DNA of 64,000 nt. Origin: a bacterium. GTDB lineage: Bacteria > Auribacterota > JABMQX01. The notes beneath the pieces were generated by a model. It did not search any database, had not been told where the DNA came from, and was given only the letters and a program-made list of their open reading frames with translations. This document shows, in pieces, positions 1-10,081 of this stretch; positions within the stretch are counted from its first letter, which is position 1, and each line of letters starts with the position of its first letter. The position numbers were made by a program, and so were the translations under genes. The stretch spans positions 2,041-66,040 of the forward strand of contig JAUYEE010000058.1 of NCBI GenBank assembly GCA_030691545.1, in the 5' to 3' direction.

Positions 1-1416
1 TACACCGGCTTCCCCGAAATCCTGGATGACCGCGTGAAAACCCTCCACCCCAAGATTCACGGCGCCCTCCTCGCACTGCGGGATAACCCCCTTCACCAGA
101 AAGAGATGCAGGAGCACGGCATCACCCCCATTGACCTGGTAGTCGTCAACTTGTATCCCTTCGAGCAGACCGTGGCGCAGGAGGACGTGACCCTGGAACA
201 AGCGATTCAGAATATTGACATCGGGGGACCTTCCATGATCCGGTCCGCGGCGAAGAACTACCAGGACGTGGCGGTCGTCGTGGACCCGGCTCGATACGAG
301 GAAGTTCTTGAGGACTTGCAGGCGAACAACGGAGCCATTTCCAGCGAGCTGCGCCTTGCTTTGGCAGTCGAAGCCTTCGGGCGAACCGCGCATTACGATT
401 CAATCATCCATGCGTTTCTCTCATCGCTGGAAAAGAAAAAGCGGCCAAGTACGCAGGCTAAACTCTCACTCGAGTACACGAAAATGATGGACCTTCGGTA
501 CGGCGAGAATCCCCACCAGAAGGCCGCCTTGTACCAGGAGAAGGTCATCACCGAGCCGTGCATTCCCGCCGCAGAGTTGCTTCACGGTAAGGAACTCTCC
601 TTCAACAATATCCTCGACCTCGATGGCGCCTGTGAGACCGTCAAGGAATTCAGCGAGCCTGCCGCGGTGATTATCAAACACACCAACCCCTGCGGCGTCG
701 CAATCGGTTCCTCCATTCTCGAAGCATACAAGAAAGCCTGGGCCACAGACACCGTCTCCGCATTTGGAAGCGTCGTCGCCTTCAACCGCAACATTGACCT
801 CGCGACAGCCGAGGAATTGAACAAGACGTTCATCGAGGCGATCCTCGCCCCCGGTTACAACCGGGATGCCCTGGACCTGCTGAAAACGAAGACACAGCGG
901 CGACTGGTCCTCTTAGAGGGATTGGAGACCTGGCGCATGGTCGGCGGGACGGCCATCCCCAGCCGAGACCTCCGCAAAATCGTCGGCGGAATGCTCGTCC
1001 AAGACCGTGACCTACTGACCATCAGCGAGAAAGACCTCCGCTGCGTCACGAAGCGTGAGCCAACGCCGGAGGAGATGAAGGCGCTGCTGTTTGCCTGGCA
1101 AGTCGCCAAGCACGTCAAGTCCAACGCCATTGTCTATGCCAATGCCACCGAGACCATCGGCATCGGAGCCGGGCAGATGAGCCGCGTGGATTCCTCCCGC
1201 ATCGCCGTGATGAAAGCACAGAAGCCCCTCAAGGGGAGCGTCGTCGCTTCGGATGCCTTCTTCCCGTTCCGGGATGGAGTGGATGCCGCCGTCGAAGCCG
1301 GAGCGACCGCCATCATCCAGCCGGGCGGCTCGGTGCGCGACGAGGAATCCATCAAGGCGTGCGACGAGCACAACGTCGCCATGGTCTTCACCGGCATCCG
1401 CCATTTCCGCCATTGA
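1..1416 (+). CDS. purH: Bifunctional AICAR transformylase/IMP cyclohydrolase, 5'-truncated by the window edge
   Basis: The frame is open from base 1 ([21 protein letters not shown]), so the track's GTG at 34 is internal. Motifs: [66 protein letters not shown]. Confidence 0.97.
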   Translation, partial: YTGFPEILDDRVKTLHPKIHGALLALRDNPLHQKEMQEHGITPIDLVVVNLYPFEQTVAQEDVTLEQAIQNIDIGGPSMIRSAAKNYQDVAVVVDPARYEEVLEDLQANNGAISSELRLALAVEAFGRTAHYDSIIHAFLSSLEKKKRPSTQAKLSLEYTKMMDLRYGENPHQKAALYQEKVITEPCIPAAELLHGKELSFNNILDLDGACETVKEFSEPAAVIIKHTNPCGVAIGSSILEAYKKAWATDTVSAFGSVVAFNRNIDLATAEELNKTFIEAILAPGYNRDALDLLKTKTQRRLVLLEGLETWRMVGGTAIPSRDLRKIVGGMLVQDRDLLTISEKDLRCVTKREPTPEEMKALLFAWQVAKHVKSNAIVYANATETIGIGAGQMSRVDSSRIAVMKAQKPLKGSVVASDAFFPFRDGVDAAVEAGATAIIQPGGSVRDEESIKACDEHNVAMVFTGIRHFRH

Positions 1417-1538
1417 GAATCAAAACGCCAACCGGAGAGAACGCAGAGGCCGCGGAGACGCTGATCGCCTGCCGGTGTGAGGTCCTTTTCAGCCTGGTTT
1501 CTACACGCGCGCGGCTTGTCTAAACGTCGGAGAAAGTT

Positions 1539-2825
1539 ATGAGGGTGCTGGTTATCGGAAGCGGCGGGAGGGAGCACACGCTGGTTTGGAAGATTGCTCA
1601 AAGTCCACTCGTTGAGAGAATCTTCTGCGCGCCCGGCAACGGCGGCATTCAGGAACTCGCGGAGTGCCTGAACATCTCCCCGTCTGACATTGCCGCCCTC
1701 GCCGGCTTCGCCGAGAAAGAGAAGATTGACCTGACGGTCGTCGGGCCGGAACCCCCCCTGGCCGAGGGGATTACAGACGAGTTCATCCGTCGCGGCCTGC
1801 GCATCTTCGGACCCACCAGAGCCGCCGCCCAGATCGAAGCCAGCAAGGTCTTCGCCAAAGGAGCGATGGTCAAGTACGGTATCCCGACCGCCGATTTCAT
1901 TGTGTTTGATGACGCTCAGAGGGCGCTCCGCCACATTCGGAGAAGACCCACACCAATGGTCGTCAAAGCCGACGGTCTTGCCGCCGGTAAAGGGGTGATT
2001 GTCTGCCGCGCGAGAGACGACGCGGATGAAGCTGTCCGCCGCATCATGGTGGAAAAGGAATTCGGCGCGTCAGGAGATAAGGTAATCATCGAGGATTGCC
2101 TCGTCGGAGAAGAAGCCTCTCTCCTGGCCTTCACCGACGGCGAAACGGTTCTGCCCATGGATTCTGCCCAGGATCACAAACCGGTCTTCGACAATGACGA
2201 GGGACCAAACACCGGCGGCATGGGCGCCTATTCGCCTGCTCCGGTAGTCACGCCGGAGGTTTATCGCCGAATTAACAATGAAATCCTAACTCCAATGATC
2301 CGTGGTCTCGCCGCCGAGGGAATCGAGTACAAGGGCGTCTTGTACGCAGGGCTCATGATAGACGACGATGGGCCGAAAATCCTCGAATTCAATGCCCGCT
2401 TCGGCGACCCGGAGACGCAGGCGCTCCTGCCGCGACTGGAAAATGACCTTGTGGAAGTGATGGACGCCGTCATTGACGGACGCCTCTCGGAAATCGAGCT
2501 GAAATGGAGCACGAAGGCCGCCGTCTGCGTGGTCATGGCTTCTGGCGGCTATCCCGGACCCTACGAAAAAGGGAAGACGATCTCGGGACTCGATTCCGTT
2601 GACGATAACTCAGTCGTGGTTTTCCACGCCGGGACGAAGAGACTCGATGATGGAAGAATCGTGACGGACGGCGGGAGAGTCCTCGGCGTGACCGGCCTCA
2701 GCGACACGATTGGCCAGGCAATTGAAAGAACGTACGCCGCCGCCGAGAAAATTCATTTCGACGGCGCGCATTACAGAAAGGACATCGGAGCCAAAGCCCT
2801 CCGACCGGAAAAATGGAACCGCTGA
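1539..2825 (+). CDS. purD: Phosphoribosylamine-glycine ligase
   Basis: [66 protein letters not shown]; lies between purH and purE. Confidence 0.98.
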   Translation: MRVLVIGSGGREHTLVWKIAQSPLVERIFCAPGNGGIQELAECLNISPSDIAALAGFAEKEKIDLTVVGPEPPLAEGITDEFIRRGLRIFGPTRAAAQIEASKVFAKGAMVKYGIPTADFIVFDDAQRALRHIRRRPTPMVVKADGLAAGKGVIVCRARDDADEAVRRIMVEKEFGASGDKVIIEDCLVGEEASLLAFTDGETVLPMDSAQDHKPVFDNDEGPNTGGMGAYSPAPVVTPEVYRRINNEILTPMIRGLAAEGIEYKGVLYAGLMIDDDGPKILEFNARFGDPETQALLPRLENDLVEVMDAVIDGRLSEIELKWSTKAAVCVVMASGGYPGPYEKGKTISGLDSVDDNSVVVFHAGTKRLDDGRIVTDGGRVLGVTGLSDTIGQAIERTYAAAEKIHFDGAHYRKDIGAKALRPEKWNR

Positions 2826-2884
2826 GAGCGCGGAGAACGCAGAGGCCTGTTCTGGCGTGAACGTGTCGTCATGGGAGAAAGCAC

Positions 2885-3391
2885 GTGAGTGATAAACCAG
2901 TGGTTGGATTTCTGGTTGGAAGCAAGTCCGATCTGAAGTTCGTTCAGGAAGGGCTTCGGCTGCTCGAGGAGTTCGGGATACCATACGATCTTCAGGTCAT
3001 TTCGGCTCATCGGACGCCGGATCAAGCCGCTCAGTATGCGCGAGACGCGGAATCGGCGGGCCTCAAGGTTATCATCGCGGCAGCCGGCGCCGCCGCTCAC
3101 CTCGCTGGCGCCATCGCTTCACACACGACTCTGCCCGTTATCGGCGTTCCAATTCCCTCCAGCGATCTGAAAGGGCTTGACTCGCTCCTGTCCACCGTGC
3201 AGATGCCCGCCGGTATTCCCGTTGCCACCATGGCCATCGGTGAAGCCGGTGCCACCAACGCCGCTATCCTCGCTGCCGAAATCCTCGCGCTCTCCGATCC
3301 CAATCTCGCCGAGAAACTCCACCGCTTCCGGAAGGAACTCGCCAAGAGAACTGTTTCAGGAAGTCCGGCATCGCCTCAGCGTGAGAAATGA
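2885..3391 (+). CDS. purE: N5-CAIR mutase / AIR carboxylase
   Basis: GSKSD, ISAHRTP, AAGAAAHLAG, PVIGVP, GLDSLLSTVQMPAGIPVATMAIG. Confidence 0.97.
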   Translation: MSDKPVVGFLVGSKSDLKFVQEGLRLLEEFGIPYDLQVISAHRTPDQAAQYARDAESAGLKVIIAAAGAAAHLAGAIASHTTLPVIGVPIPSSDLKGLDSLLSTVQMPAGIPVATMAIGEAGATNAAILAAEILALSDPNLAEKLHRFRKELAKRTVSGSPASPQREK

Positions 3392-3490
3392 GCCAGGCAA
3401 ACTCGCCCGGCGACCTTATTCGTCGGACCCTGATACCCGTCGTCGCCACGGCGCTTTGCTTGATCCGTTTCGTTCCTCCTGAGAAACGAA

Positions 3491-3520
3491 ACCACAGGCA
3501 CGCTTTCGAGCGCCTGTGGT
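3491..3520. terminator. Hairpin between the convergent purE and small lipoprotein genes; possible terminator
   Basis: ACCACAGGC (3491-3499) pairs with GCCTGTGGT (3512-3520). The U-tract is weak. Confidence 0.45.
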
Positions 3521-3682
3521 CTCTCGCCCTCAGTTCTATAGCAGTTCGGCATCCTTGCAGATCTCGGCGAAGAGAAGCCCCTGACCTGCTTGTATGCCCG
3601 TTACGGCGGTCCGAAGCCCGCACCGAGCCAAAACCTTAGTGTTCTTCCCGATCTCTCGACCACCTTGGGCTTGGCAAGCGGG

Positions 3683-3844
3683 CTACTGAATGTTCGCCAT
3701 GGTGCCGAGGCCGTCGTCGTCGAGAAGGATGACGTCAACGTATTCGGCCGTCTCGAGGACGTGTTTCTTCGCCTCGTAACACCCTGAGGCTAAGATTCCG
3801 GTCGCCGCAAGAAGTCCCAGAATCAACAGGAACCTTCGCACCAT
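3683..3844 (-). CDS. Small (53 aa) predicted lipoprotein, absent from the ORF track
   Basis: Read manually: MVRRFLLILGLLAATGILASG-CYEAKKHVLETAEYVDVILLDDDGLGTMANIQ*. It has a GGAAGGAG RBS, basic n-region, hydrophobic h-region, LASG/C lipobox and an upstream promoter-like site. Confidence 0.75.
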   Translation of the reverse strand: MVRRFLLILGLLAATGILASGCYEAKKHVLETAEYVDVILLDDDGLGTMANIQ

Positions 3845-3936
3845 TTCTTACGCTCCTTCCAATCGTGAGCCGTCAAAAGAGGGTTAGCCCTACTCGCCTG
3901 AGCCGACGAGGGGTCACCGCGTTTTGTCCTGAATAA

Positions 3937-3965
3937 AACTTAGACCATATCAGCCCTGAATGCAA
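3937..3965 (-). promoter_or_regulatory. Sigma70-like promoter for the small lipoprotein gene
   Basis: Minus strand reads TTGCAT-N17-TAAGTT, about 90 nt upstream of the ATG at 3844. Confidence 0.5.
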
Positions 3966-4042
3966 GCCCTTTTTCACTCGTTGAGTCATTTTTGCGTGGT
4001 CTTCGTGCAACCTTGCCCTCGTCTGCGTCGCGACATAGGGCA

Positions 4043-5611
4043 TCACCCGTTCCGGCTGGCCAGGCGAACCTCCTCGAAGGCGACCGGCAGGAGTTCGATA
4101 ACATCCGAGGCGATGAGGCTCAGTTGCCCTTTGCGTTCCACGCCGATCTCGCCGGCTCGCCCGTGGACAAACGTTCCCAGCTTTGCCGCGTCAATCGGTT
4201 TCAATCCCTGCCCGACAAGGGAGGCGATGACGCCGCTCAACACGTCGCCCATTCCGCCGCTGGCCATTCCCGCGTCGCCAGCAATGTTGATGTAGAGCGA
4301 ACCGTCCGCGTCGGCGATCACCGTCTCGGCGCCTTTCAAAACAACGATGGCGCCCCATTCTCTGGCATACTCCTTAGCGACCTTCCAGGGGTCTTCGAGG
4401 ATTCTGTGCGTTTCGAGTCCCGTTAATCGCGACATCTCGCCTGGGTGGGGCGTAACAATCAACGGTGCCGGGTAATTACGAAGAATCTCGCCCTTCCCGT
4501 GCAGGCAGTTCAGTCCGTCGGCGTCAATGAGCAACGGCGTCTTTGCTTCGCGGAGTATATCTTGGACAAGGCGCGCCGTCTCAGGATGCGTTGAGATTCC
4601 CGGGCCGATGACGGCGTTGGTGCATTCCGAGAGCCATTTCAGAATTTTCGGTTTTGCCGAATAAGCGATAGTCCCTTCCGGCGTCTCGTCGAGAGGGACG
4701 GTCATCGTCTCCGTCAACTTGACTTCGAGAATCGGATTGAGACTCCCCGGAATGCCGAGAAACACCAGCCCTGACCCCGCCCGCATCGCCGACGAACACA
4801 CCATCGTCGCCGCCCCGGTCAACCCTCGCGACCCCGCAAGAACAAAGACTCGCCCATAGTCCCCTTTATGGGTGATTCTGTTTCGCCGCGGCATGAGGGC
4901 GGCGATTTCTTTCTCCGTCAGCAGGTCTGCGCGGCTCTGAGCCTCTCGGATAACCTCTTCCGGTATGCCAATATCCACAACCTCCAGTTTCCCGACGTAG
5001 TTGAGGGCATCGGTTCGCAGAAGCCCTTCCTTGGGCAGCCCCATCGTCACCGTCAGGTCCGCGCGAATGCAGGGTCCTTCGTGACAACCTGTGTCCCCGT
5101 TGATTCCCGATGGAATGTCAATCGCCAGGACTTTCTTCCCGGCGGCGGAGGCGGCATTGATAAACTCGATGACGTCTCCATAGAAGCCCTTCACCGCCCC
5201 TTTAATTCCCGTCCCTAATATGCCCTCCACGACGATGTCATAATCGTGGACGCGGATCCTGTGCAGTTGACATGTGTCGCGAATGACGACGAGTTCGCCC
5301 CTTGATTTCAGAAGCCTCGTGAGATTCGTCGCAGCATCTCCCTTGACCTCGGACTCCTTCGCCAGGAGGACGGTCGTGTTTGAAATTCCGCACTGTTGAA
5401 GAAGCCTCGCCACGACGAACGCATCGCCTCCGTTGTTTCCCCTTCCCGCAAAAAGGAGAACCCGGCCTTTTGCGGAGTCCGGCATCATCCGCGTGATGCA
5501 TCGGAAGACGCCCTTACCAGCCCTTTCCATGAGGACTTCTCCGGGCACACCGAACTCCTCAATGGTCCGGCGGTCAATGCGCGTCATTTTCGTGGCAGTA
5601 ACAATCTTCAT
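4043..5611 (-). CDS. nnr: Bifunctional NAD(P)H-hydrate epimerase/dehydratase (YjeF family)
   Basis: MKIVTATKM start after GGAGGG RBS (track start 5671 is over-extended). Motifs: GNNGGDA, IDIPSG, THKGDYGRV, DADGLN, TPHPGEMSRL, GGMGDVLSG. Confidence 0.95.
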   Translation of the reverse strand: MKIVTATKMTRIDRRTIEEFGVPGEVLMERAGKGVFRCITRMMPDSAKGRVLLFAGRGNNGGDAFVVARLLQQCGISNTTVLLAKESEVKGDAATNLTRLLKSRGELVVIRDTCQLHRIRVHDYDIVVEGILGTGIKGAVKGFYGDVIEFINAASAAGKKVLAIDIPSGINGDTGCHEGPCIRADLTVTMGLPKEGLLRTDALNYVGKLEVVDIGIPEEVIREAQSRADLLTEKEIAALMPRRNRITHKGDYGRVFVLAGSRGLTGAATMVCSSAMRAGSGLVFLGIPGSLNPILEVKLTETMTVPLDETPEGTIAYSAKPKILKWLSECTNAVIGPGISTHPETARLVQDILREAKTPLLIDADGLNCLHGKGEILRNYPAPLIVTPHPGEMSRLTGLETHRILEDPWKVAKEYAREWGAIVVLKGAETVIADADGSLYINIAGDAGMASGGMGDVLSGVIASLVGQGLKPIDAAKLGTFVHGRAGEIGVERKGQLSLIASDVIELLPVAFEEVRLASRNG

Positions 5612-5896
5612 GATTTCCCTCCGAGCGGTCGCCCACAGATTACACGAGACGAATACGCGCTTCAATTCCATTCTGAATCTCCGCTCAAAGCCTCAGTCTC
5701 CGGAGGAACCGAATGCTGACCGGCGCCCGCGTTCGACCGGACAACAACTCATCGCTCGCGGAAAACAATTCTGTGGAAGTCGCGGGAGAATTATGCAAAA
5801 TCAAATTGCGGGCACTCTCGGGGATTCTGAGGTGTTACAGGAATGGCACTGCCGAATGGACGTTACACGACGACACTCAACCAATGAGAAAGGTTT

Positions 5897-7105
5897 ATGA
5901 TAGGCATATCGAAACTCTACTGCGGGACCATCACCCCAGGCGACGTACTCCGCTATGGCAGAGAGTCGGCGAAAAGCCCCGCAGACCTACTTCGCTTCAC
6001 GGCGGACAAGAAGCCCGTCGTGGTCTGGAACATCTCACGGACGTGCAACCTGAAGTGCATTCACTGCTATTCCGACTCGGACAACAAACGCTATCTGGGG
6101 GAGCTTTCGGAGGAAGAGGGAAGAAAGCTCATTGACGACCTCGCGGAGTTCAGGGCGCCGGTGCTTCTTTTTTCTGGCGGGGAGCCGCTTATGCACCCGT
6201 CGCTTTTCAAACTTGTCGGCCTCGCGTCATCGAAGGGCCTTCGCGCGGTGGTTTCGACGAACGGAACCCTGCTGACGACGGAAGCTGTAGGAAGGCTCAA
6301 GGATGCGGGCGTGTCCTACGTCGGCATCAGCATAGACGGACTGGAGGAGACAAACGATTCGTTCCGAGGGAAAAAAGGAGCGTTTCGGGCGTCGCTGGAG
6401 GGCATCCGGACGTGCACGGGACTGGGGGTAAAGGCGGGTCTCCGCCTGACATTGACGAAGCGGAATCTCAACGATCTGGAAGGGATTTTTGAGCTTGTCG
6501 AAACCGAGGACATCCCGCGAGTTTGTTTCTATCATCTGGTCTATTCGGGAAGAGGCGGCAGGTTGCGGGATGAGGACATATCTCACGAGGAGACCCGGCG
6601 GGCCATGGACATGATCATGGACTGGGCGATGTCGTGTCACAGGAGAGGACTCGAGAAGGACATCCTGACCGTGGACAACCACAGCGACGGAATCTATCTC
6701 TACCTGCGCATGCTCCGAGAGGGGCGAGCGGACGCCGAACAGGTCCGTGAGCTTCTCCTCTGGAACGGCGGAAACAGTTCGGGAGTCGGCATCGCCTGCA
6801 TTGACAACTTAGGCAACGTCCACGCCGATCAATTCTGGCAGGATTATACCTTCGGCAATGTCCGCGAGCGCGCCTTCGGCGACATCTGGACCGACACGAG
6901 CGACCCCATCATGGCGAAACTGAAAGACCGCAAGCGATTTTTTAAAGGGAAGTGCGCCCGGTGCCGATGGATTGACATGTGCAACGGGAACTTCCGCGCG
7001 AGAGCCATCGCTGTTTACGGCGACCCCTGGATGGAAGACCCGGCGTGCTATCTTACCCATGAGGAAATCGCCGCCGAGCCAGCGGAGACCCAACCGCAAC
7101 AATAG
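5897..7105 (+). CDS. ahbC: Radical SAM/SPASM protein, AhbC (NirJ1-like) Fe-coproporphyrin synthase of the siroheme-dependent heme pathway
   Basis: Characteristic N-terminus MIGISKLYCG...LRYGR, KPVVVWN, CNLKCIHC (CxxxCxxC), FSGGEPL, HADQFW and a C-terminal SPASM Cys cluster. Confidence 0.85.
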   Translation: MIGISKLYCGTITPGDVLRYGRESAKSPADLLRFTADKKPVVVWNISRTCNLKCIHCYSDSDNKRYLGELSEEEGRKLIDDLAEFRAPVLLFSGGEPLMHPSLFKLVGLASSKGLRAVVSTNGTLLTTEAVGRLKDAGVSYVGISIDGLEETNDSFRGKKGAFRASLEGIRTCTGLGVKAGLRLTLTKRNLNDLEGIFELVETEDIPRVCFYHLVYSGRGGRLRDEDISHEETRRAMDMIMDWAMSCHRRGLEKDILTVDNHSDGIYLYLRMLREGRADAEQVRELLLWNGGNSSGVGIACIDNLGNVHADQFWQDYTFGNVRERAFGDIWTDTSDPIMAKLKDRKRFFKGKCARCRWIDMCNGNFRARAIAVYGDPWMEDPACYLTHEEIAAEPAETQPQQ

Positions 7106-7157
7106 CCCGAACACCACGTCCCGAAGTTGGCGAACACGGCTGCGAGCGCTTCACGAG

Positions 7158-7317
7158 GGTACAGATCGCGACGTCCGACTCTTGACACCGTCGTATATTG
7201 CCGGGCTTCAGCCGGCATTCTCCTTTAGCCATCCCGCCATCGGCGGGACTTCAGCCGGGCTTCTCGACCAGCGGATTCATCCGAAAATGCACCACCGAGT
7301 CCATGAACTGAAGCACT
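7158..7317 (-). mobile_element. Non-autonomous palindromic MITE-like element, copy 1 (shortest)
   Basis: Reverse complement shares GGATGAATCC..TGGTCGAGAAGCCCGGCTGAAG and GGCTAAAGGAGAATGCCGGCTGAAGCCCGGC with copies at 29128 and 56134. Confidence 0.75.
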
Positions 7318-7328
7318 AAGAGGAGGAA

Positions 7329-10064
7329 ATGCAATTCCCAGCATCTCGCGCCGTTGTAGCTCTCCTGTCGGTGATCCAGATCGCCTATTTGCTGAACGGC
7401 TTCGCGGAAATCAAAACCGTCTATGTCGTTGTGCCGACCCACCTGGACATCGGCTTCACCGCCCCGCCCGACGCCGTCGCCAGAGGCTACAAAGACGGCA
7501 TTGACCATGCCATCCAGCTCTGCGAGACGTATCCTGATTACTTTTACACAATCGAATGCGCCTGGCAGCTCCGTGAATGGATGAATCGCTCGTCGCCGGG
7601 GGAGATCGAGAAGCTCTCTGGTCTCGTCAAATCCGGCAGAATCGAGATTGGCGGCGCCTTCGCCACCATGCACAGTGAGCTGATGAGCGGCGAATCCGTC
7701 AACCGCATGTTCGATCTCGGACTGAGCCTCACAAAGAAGCTTGGAGGCGAAATCCGCACCGCGATTCAGGACGACGTCCCCGGCTACGCCTGGGCTTACC
7801 CTCAGGCAATGCGGCAGCACGGCATCAAGTATTTCCTCACCGGCATCAACACATCCTTCGGCGGCAAGCCTGACCTGACGTACAAAGACATTCCCTTCTA
7901 TTGGGAAGGGGCAGATGGCTCCCGCGTCCTGACATGGATTGCCTTCGGCGGATACGCAGACGGCAATGACTGGGGCGTCGGCCTCTGGGAAAAGGAGGAC
8001 ACGGTTTTCGAAAAAGTCCAAAGGCAAGCCCGCGAAATTGAAAAAGCGGGTTATCCCTACGACGCTTTCCTCATCATGGCATCTCCCGGCGATAACGTGG
8101 ATGCATCCGCCACGGAGAAGATTCACCGAATCATCGGCAAGTGGAACGCGACTGAAAAAGGCCCCGTGCTGAAAATGGCGACGCCACGACAGTTCTTTGA
8201 ATACATGGAGGAGAAGTACGGCGACCGTTTCCCGACGTACCGAGGCGACTGGTCTGGGCACTGGGTGCCGGCAAAACTCGGCGCCCCTCGCTTGATTGCC
8301 CGCATGCGATACGCTCAGCGAATCCTCCCCGTCGCCGAAGCCCTCTGGTCCGTGCTCGCGCTATCGGGCGCCGCCAGATTTCCCTCCGAGGACATCGCAT
8401 CGGCTTGGGACGACCTCCTCACCATTAGCGAGCACACCGCGGCAGCCGGCACCGGCTGGCCCAACCTCACCACAAAGGAGCAGGTCATCTGGGAGAACTG
8501 GCAGCACGCCTATCGCGGCCTTTTCGCGTCCTATAGCTCAAGCATGCTCCTCGACGAAGGCATGGAAGTCCTTGCCAATTCCATCACCGCCGACTACCCC
8601 TTCATCGTCGTCTTCAACAGCATTCCTCGAACTCGCGCCGGATACGTCGAGGTGAACATGCCCCCCGAAGTTCTCCAGCGCGGCTTCACTATTATTGAAG
8701 ACGTGCTTGGCGGAGGACACAGAGAGGTCGAGTACGATTTGCTTGAAGATGGCCGGACTATTCGCTTTAGCGCGGGGGTCTCGTTTGGCATGGGTTACAG
8801 TGTTTACCGAGTCGCCCCCGGTCCCGTTCCGACGCCAATCCAGGCAAGCGAAGGCGACACTCTTGAAAGTCCCCGCCTTGTTGTCTCGGTTGACCCGGAA
8901 ACCGGCTACATCAAGTCCATCTGCGACAAAACGCTGAAGCGCGAATGGGTGGAGAAGGGCCGCTTGTTCGGCGCCCTCCACCTCGTTCGGCCCGCTCAGG
9001 CTATGATGGGACGAACGTCACAGCCAGCACAGGCGCGAGCCTCCCGCATCGAACTCATCGAAGGAAAAACCTACAAGACCTTGCGAGTTCTGCGGGATAA
9101 AGGCGCGCTCGTCCAAACCTCGGTGACCGTCTCTGAGCCACGGCTGACGTTAAAGATTGAAAATGTCCTCGACACCTCGAAAATACCCGCCGAGGACCGC
9201 GTTGTGGCTCTGCTCGAGTTCCCGTTTAACCTCGATGCGGAATGGCTTAAGGTCGCTCTCGACGGGCCGAACCATTACCGCTGGTGGCCGGATGATTACC
9301 TTCCCGGCACCGCTCGCATTGGCCAGACTGTCCAGAGCTACGCACTTCTTCACGACGAAAAGGCAAACGTCTCGTTCATGCCCGTCGAAGCCCCGATTCT
9401 CAGTCTTGGCAAGGTCGGCTTGCACTCTCTCGACAAGCCCAGGAAGGCGCGAATCTACTCGTACCTGTACGATCGAGCGTTCTGGGGCGAAAACAGGGAC
9501 ACCGGTCGGACACGATACGATGAGGTTGAGCCGGCACTGGGGACAAAGATTTCGTTCACCTATTATCTCGACTTTGGACCCAGCCCCAAGCCAGAGCGAG
9601 CTGCTGGCGGCTGGCCCCGCCCTCGCGCATTGGAGGCAACCGCTCCGCTTTTCGGTCGCTTCCACTCGCCGTGGGGAAAACAAGAAGGCAAACTCGGAGA
9701 CGCCACGGCCAAAGTCTTCCTCATGGCACCTTTTCCGAGCATCGAACTCTCCTCTGCGACCGTTGTTTCGCAGGACGACGAAACATTCTGGCAACTGAGG
9801 TTTCAGGAGAATTGGGGCGACGTGTCCTATCCTTATCCCCGGAAAGTGAACCTTCTCTTTCCGGTTGGCTCAGTGTCGGCCCTCGATCCTGCAACGGGAG
9901 AACCCACCCCTGTATCGGCGATATTTGGGCTGCGCCTTCCCGATTCGGCATTCAAGACAGCAACCTTCCTTATCCGTCCCGAAAGTGAGACGCCCTTCGC
10001 TAAGGGCGCCCGGACTCGCCTCAGCAAAGACCCGCCAACTGTTCCTCCTTCGCCGACACCCTGA
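7329..10064 (+). CDS. Secreted GH38-like (alpha-mannosidase-like) glycoside hydrolase with a divergent C-terminus
   Basis: AGGAGG RBS and N-terminal signal-like segment. GH38_N-type motifs VYVVVPTHLDIGFT, GRIEIGG, AIQDDVPGYAW, FYWEGADGSRVL and YRGDW; middle-domain HT motif (ISEHT). Confidence 0.75.
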   Translation: MQFPASRAVVALLSVIQIAYLLNGFAEIKTVYVVVPTHLDIGFTAPPDAVARGYKDGIDHAIQLCETYPDYFYTIECAWQLREWMNRSSPGEIEKLSGLVKSGRIEIGGAFATMHSELMSGESVNRMFDLGLSLTKKLGGEIRTAIQDDVPGYAWAYPQAMRQHGIKYFLTGINTSFGGKPDLTYKDIPFYWEGADGSRVLTWIAFGGYADGNDWGVGLWEKEDTVFEKVQRQAREIEKAGYPYDAFLIMASPGDNVDASATEKIHRIIGKWNATEKGPVLKMATPRQFFEYMEEKYGDRFPTYRGDWSGHWVPAKLGAPRLIARMRYAQRILPVAEALWSVLALSGAARFPSEDIASAWDDLLTISEHTAAAGTGWPNLTTKEQVIWENWQHAYRGLFASYSSSMLLDEGMEVLANSITADYPFIVVFNSIPRTRAGYVEVNMPPEVLQRGFTIIEDVLGGGHREVEYDLLEDGRTIRFSAGVSFGMGYSVYRVAPGPVPTPIQASEGDTLESPRLVVSVDPETGYIKSICDKTLKREWVEKGRLFGALHLVRPAQAMMGRTSQPAQARASRIELIEGKTYKTLRVLRDKGALVQTSVTVSEPRLTLKIENVLDTSKIPAEDRVVALLEFPFNLDAEWLKVALDGPNHYRWWPDDYLPGTARIGQTVQSYALLHDEKANVSFMPVEAPILSLGKVGLHSLDKPRKARIYSYLYDRAFWGENRDTGRTRYDEVEPALGTKISFTYYLDFGPSPKPERAAGGWPRPRALEATAPLFGRFHSPWGKQEGKLGDATAKVFLMAPFPSIELSSATVVSQDDETFWQLRFQENWGDVSYPYPRKVNLLFPVGSVSALDPATGEPTPVSAIFGLRLPDSAFKTATFLIRPESETPFAKGARTRLSKDPPTVPPSPTP

Positions 10065-10081
10065 TCTCGCAGGCGCCTTTC

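Noticed and set aside
3392-3682. Structured RNA or riboswitch downstream of purE
   Set aside because: Only simple hairpins; I could not recognise any aptamer consensus. An Rfam scan would settle it.
5897-7105. Heme d1 biosynthesis NirJ or PqqE
   Set aside because: The N-terminal signature fits AhbC/NirJ1, and there are no nir or pqq genes nearby.
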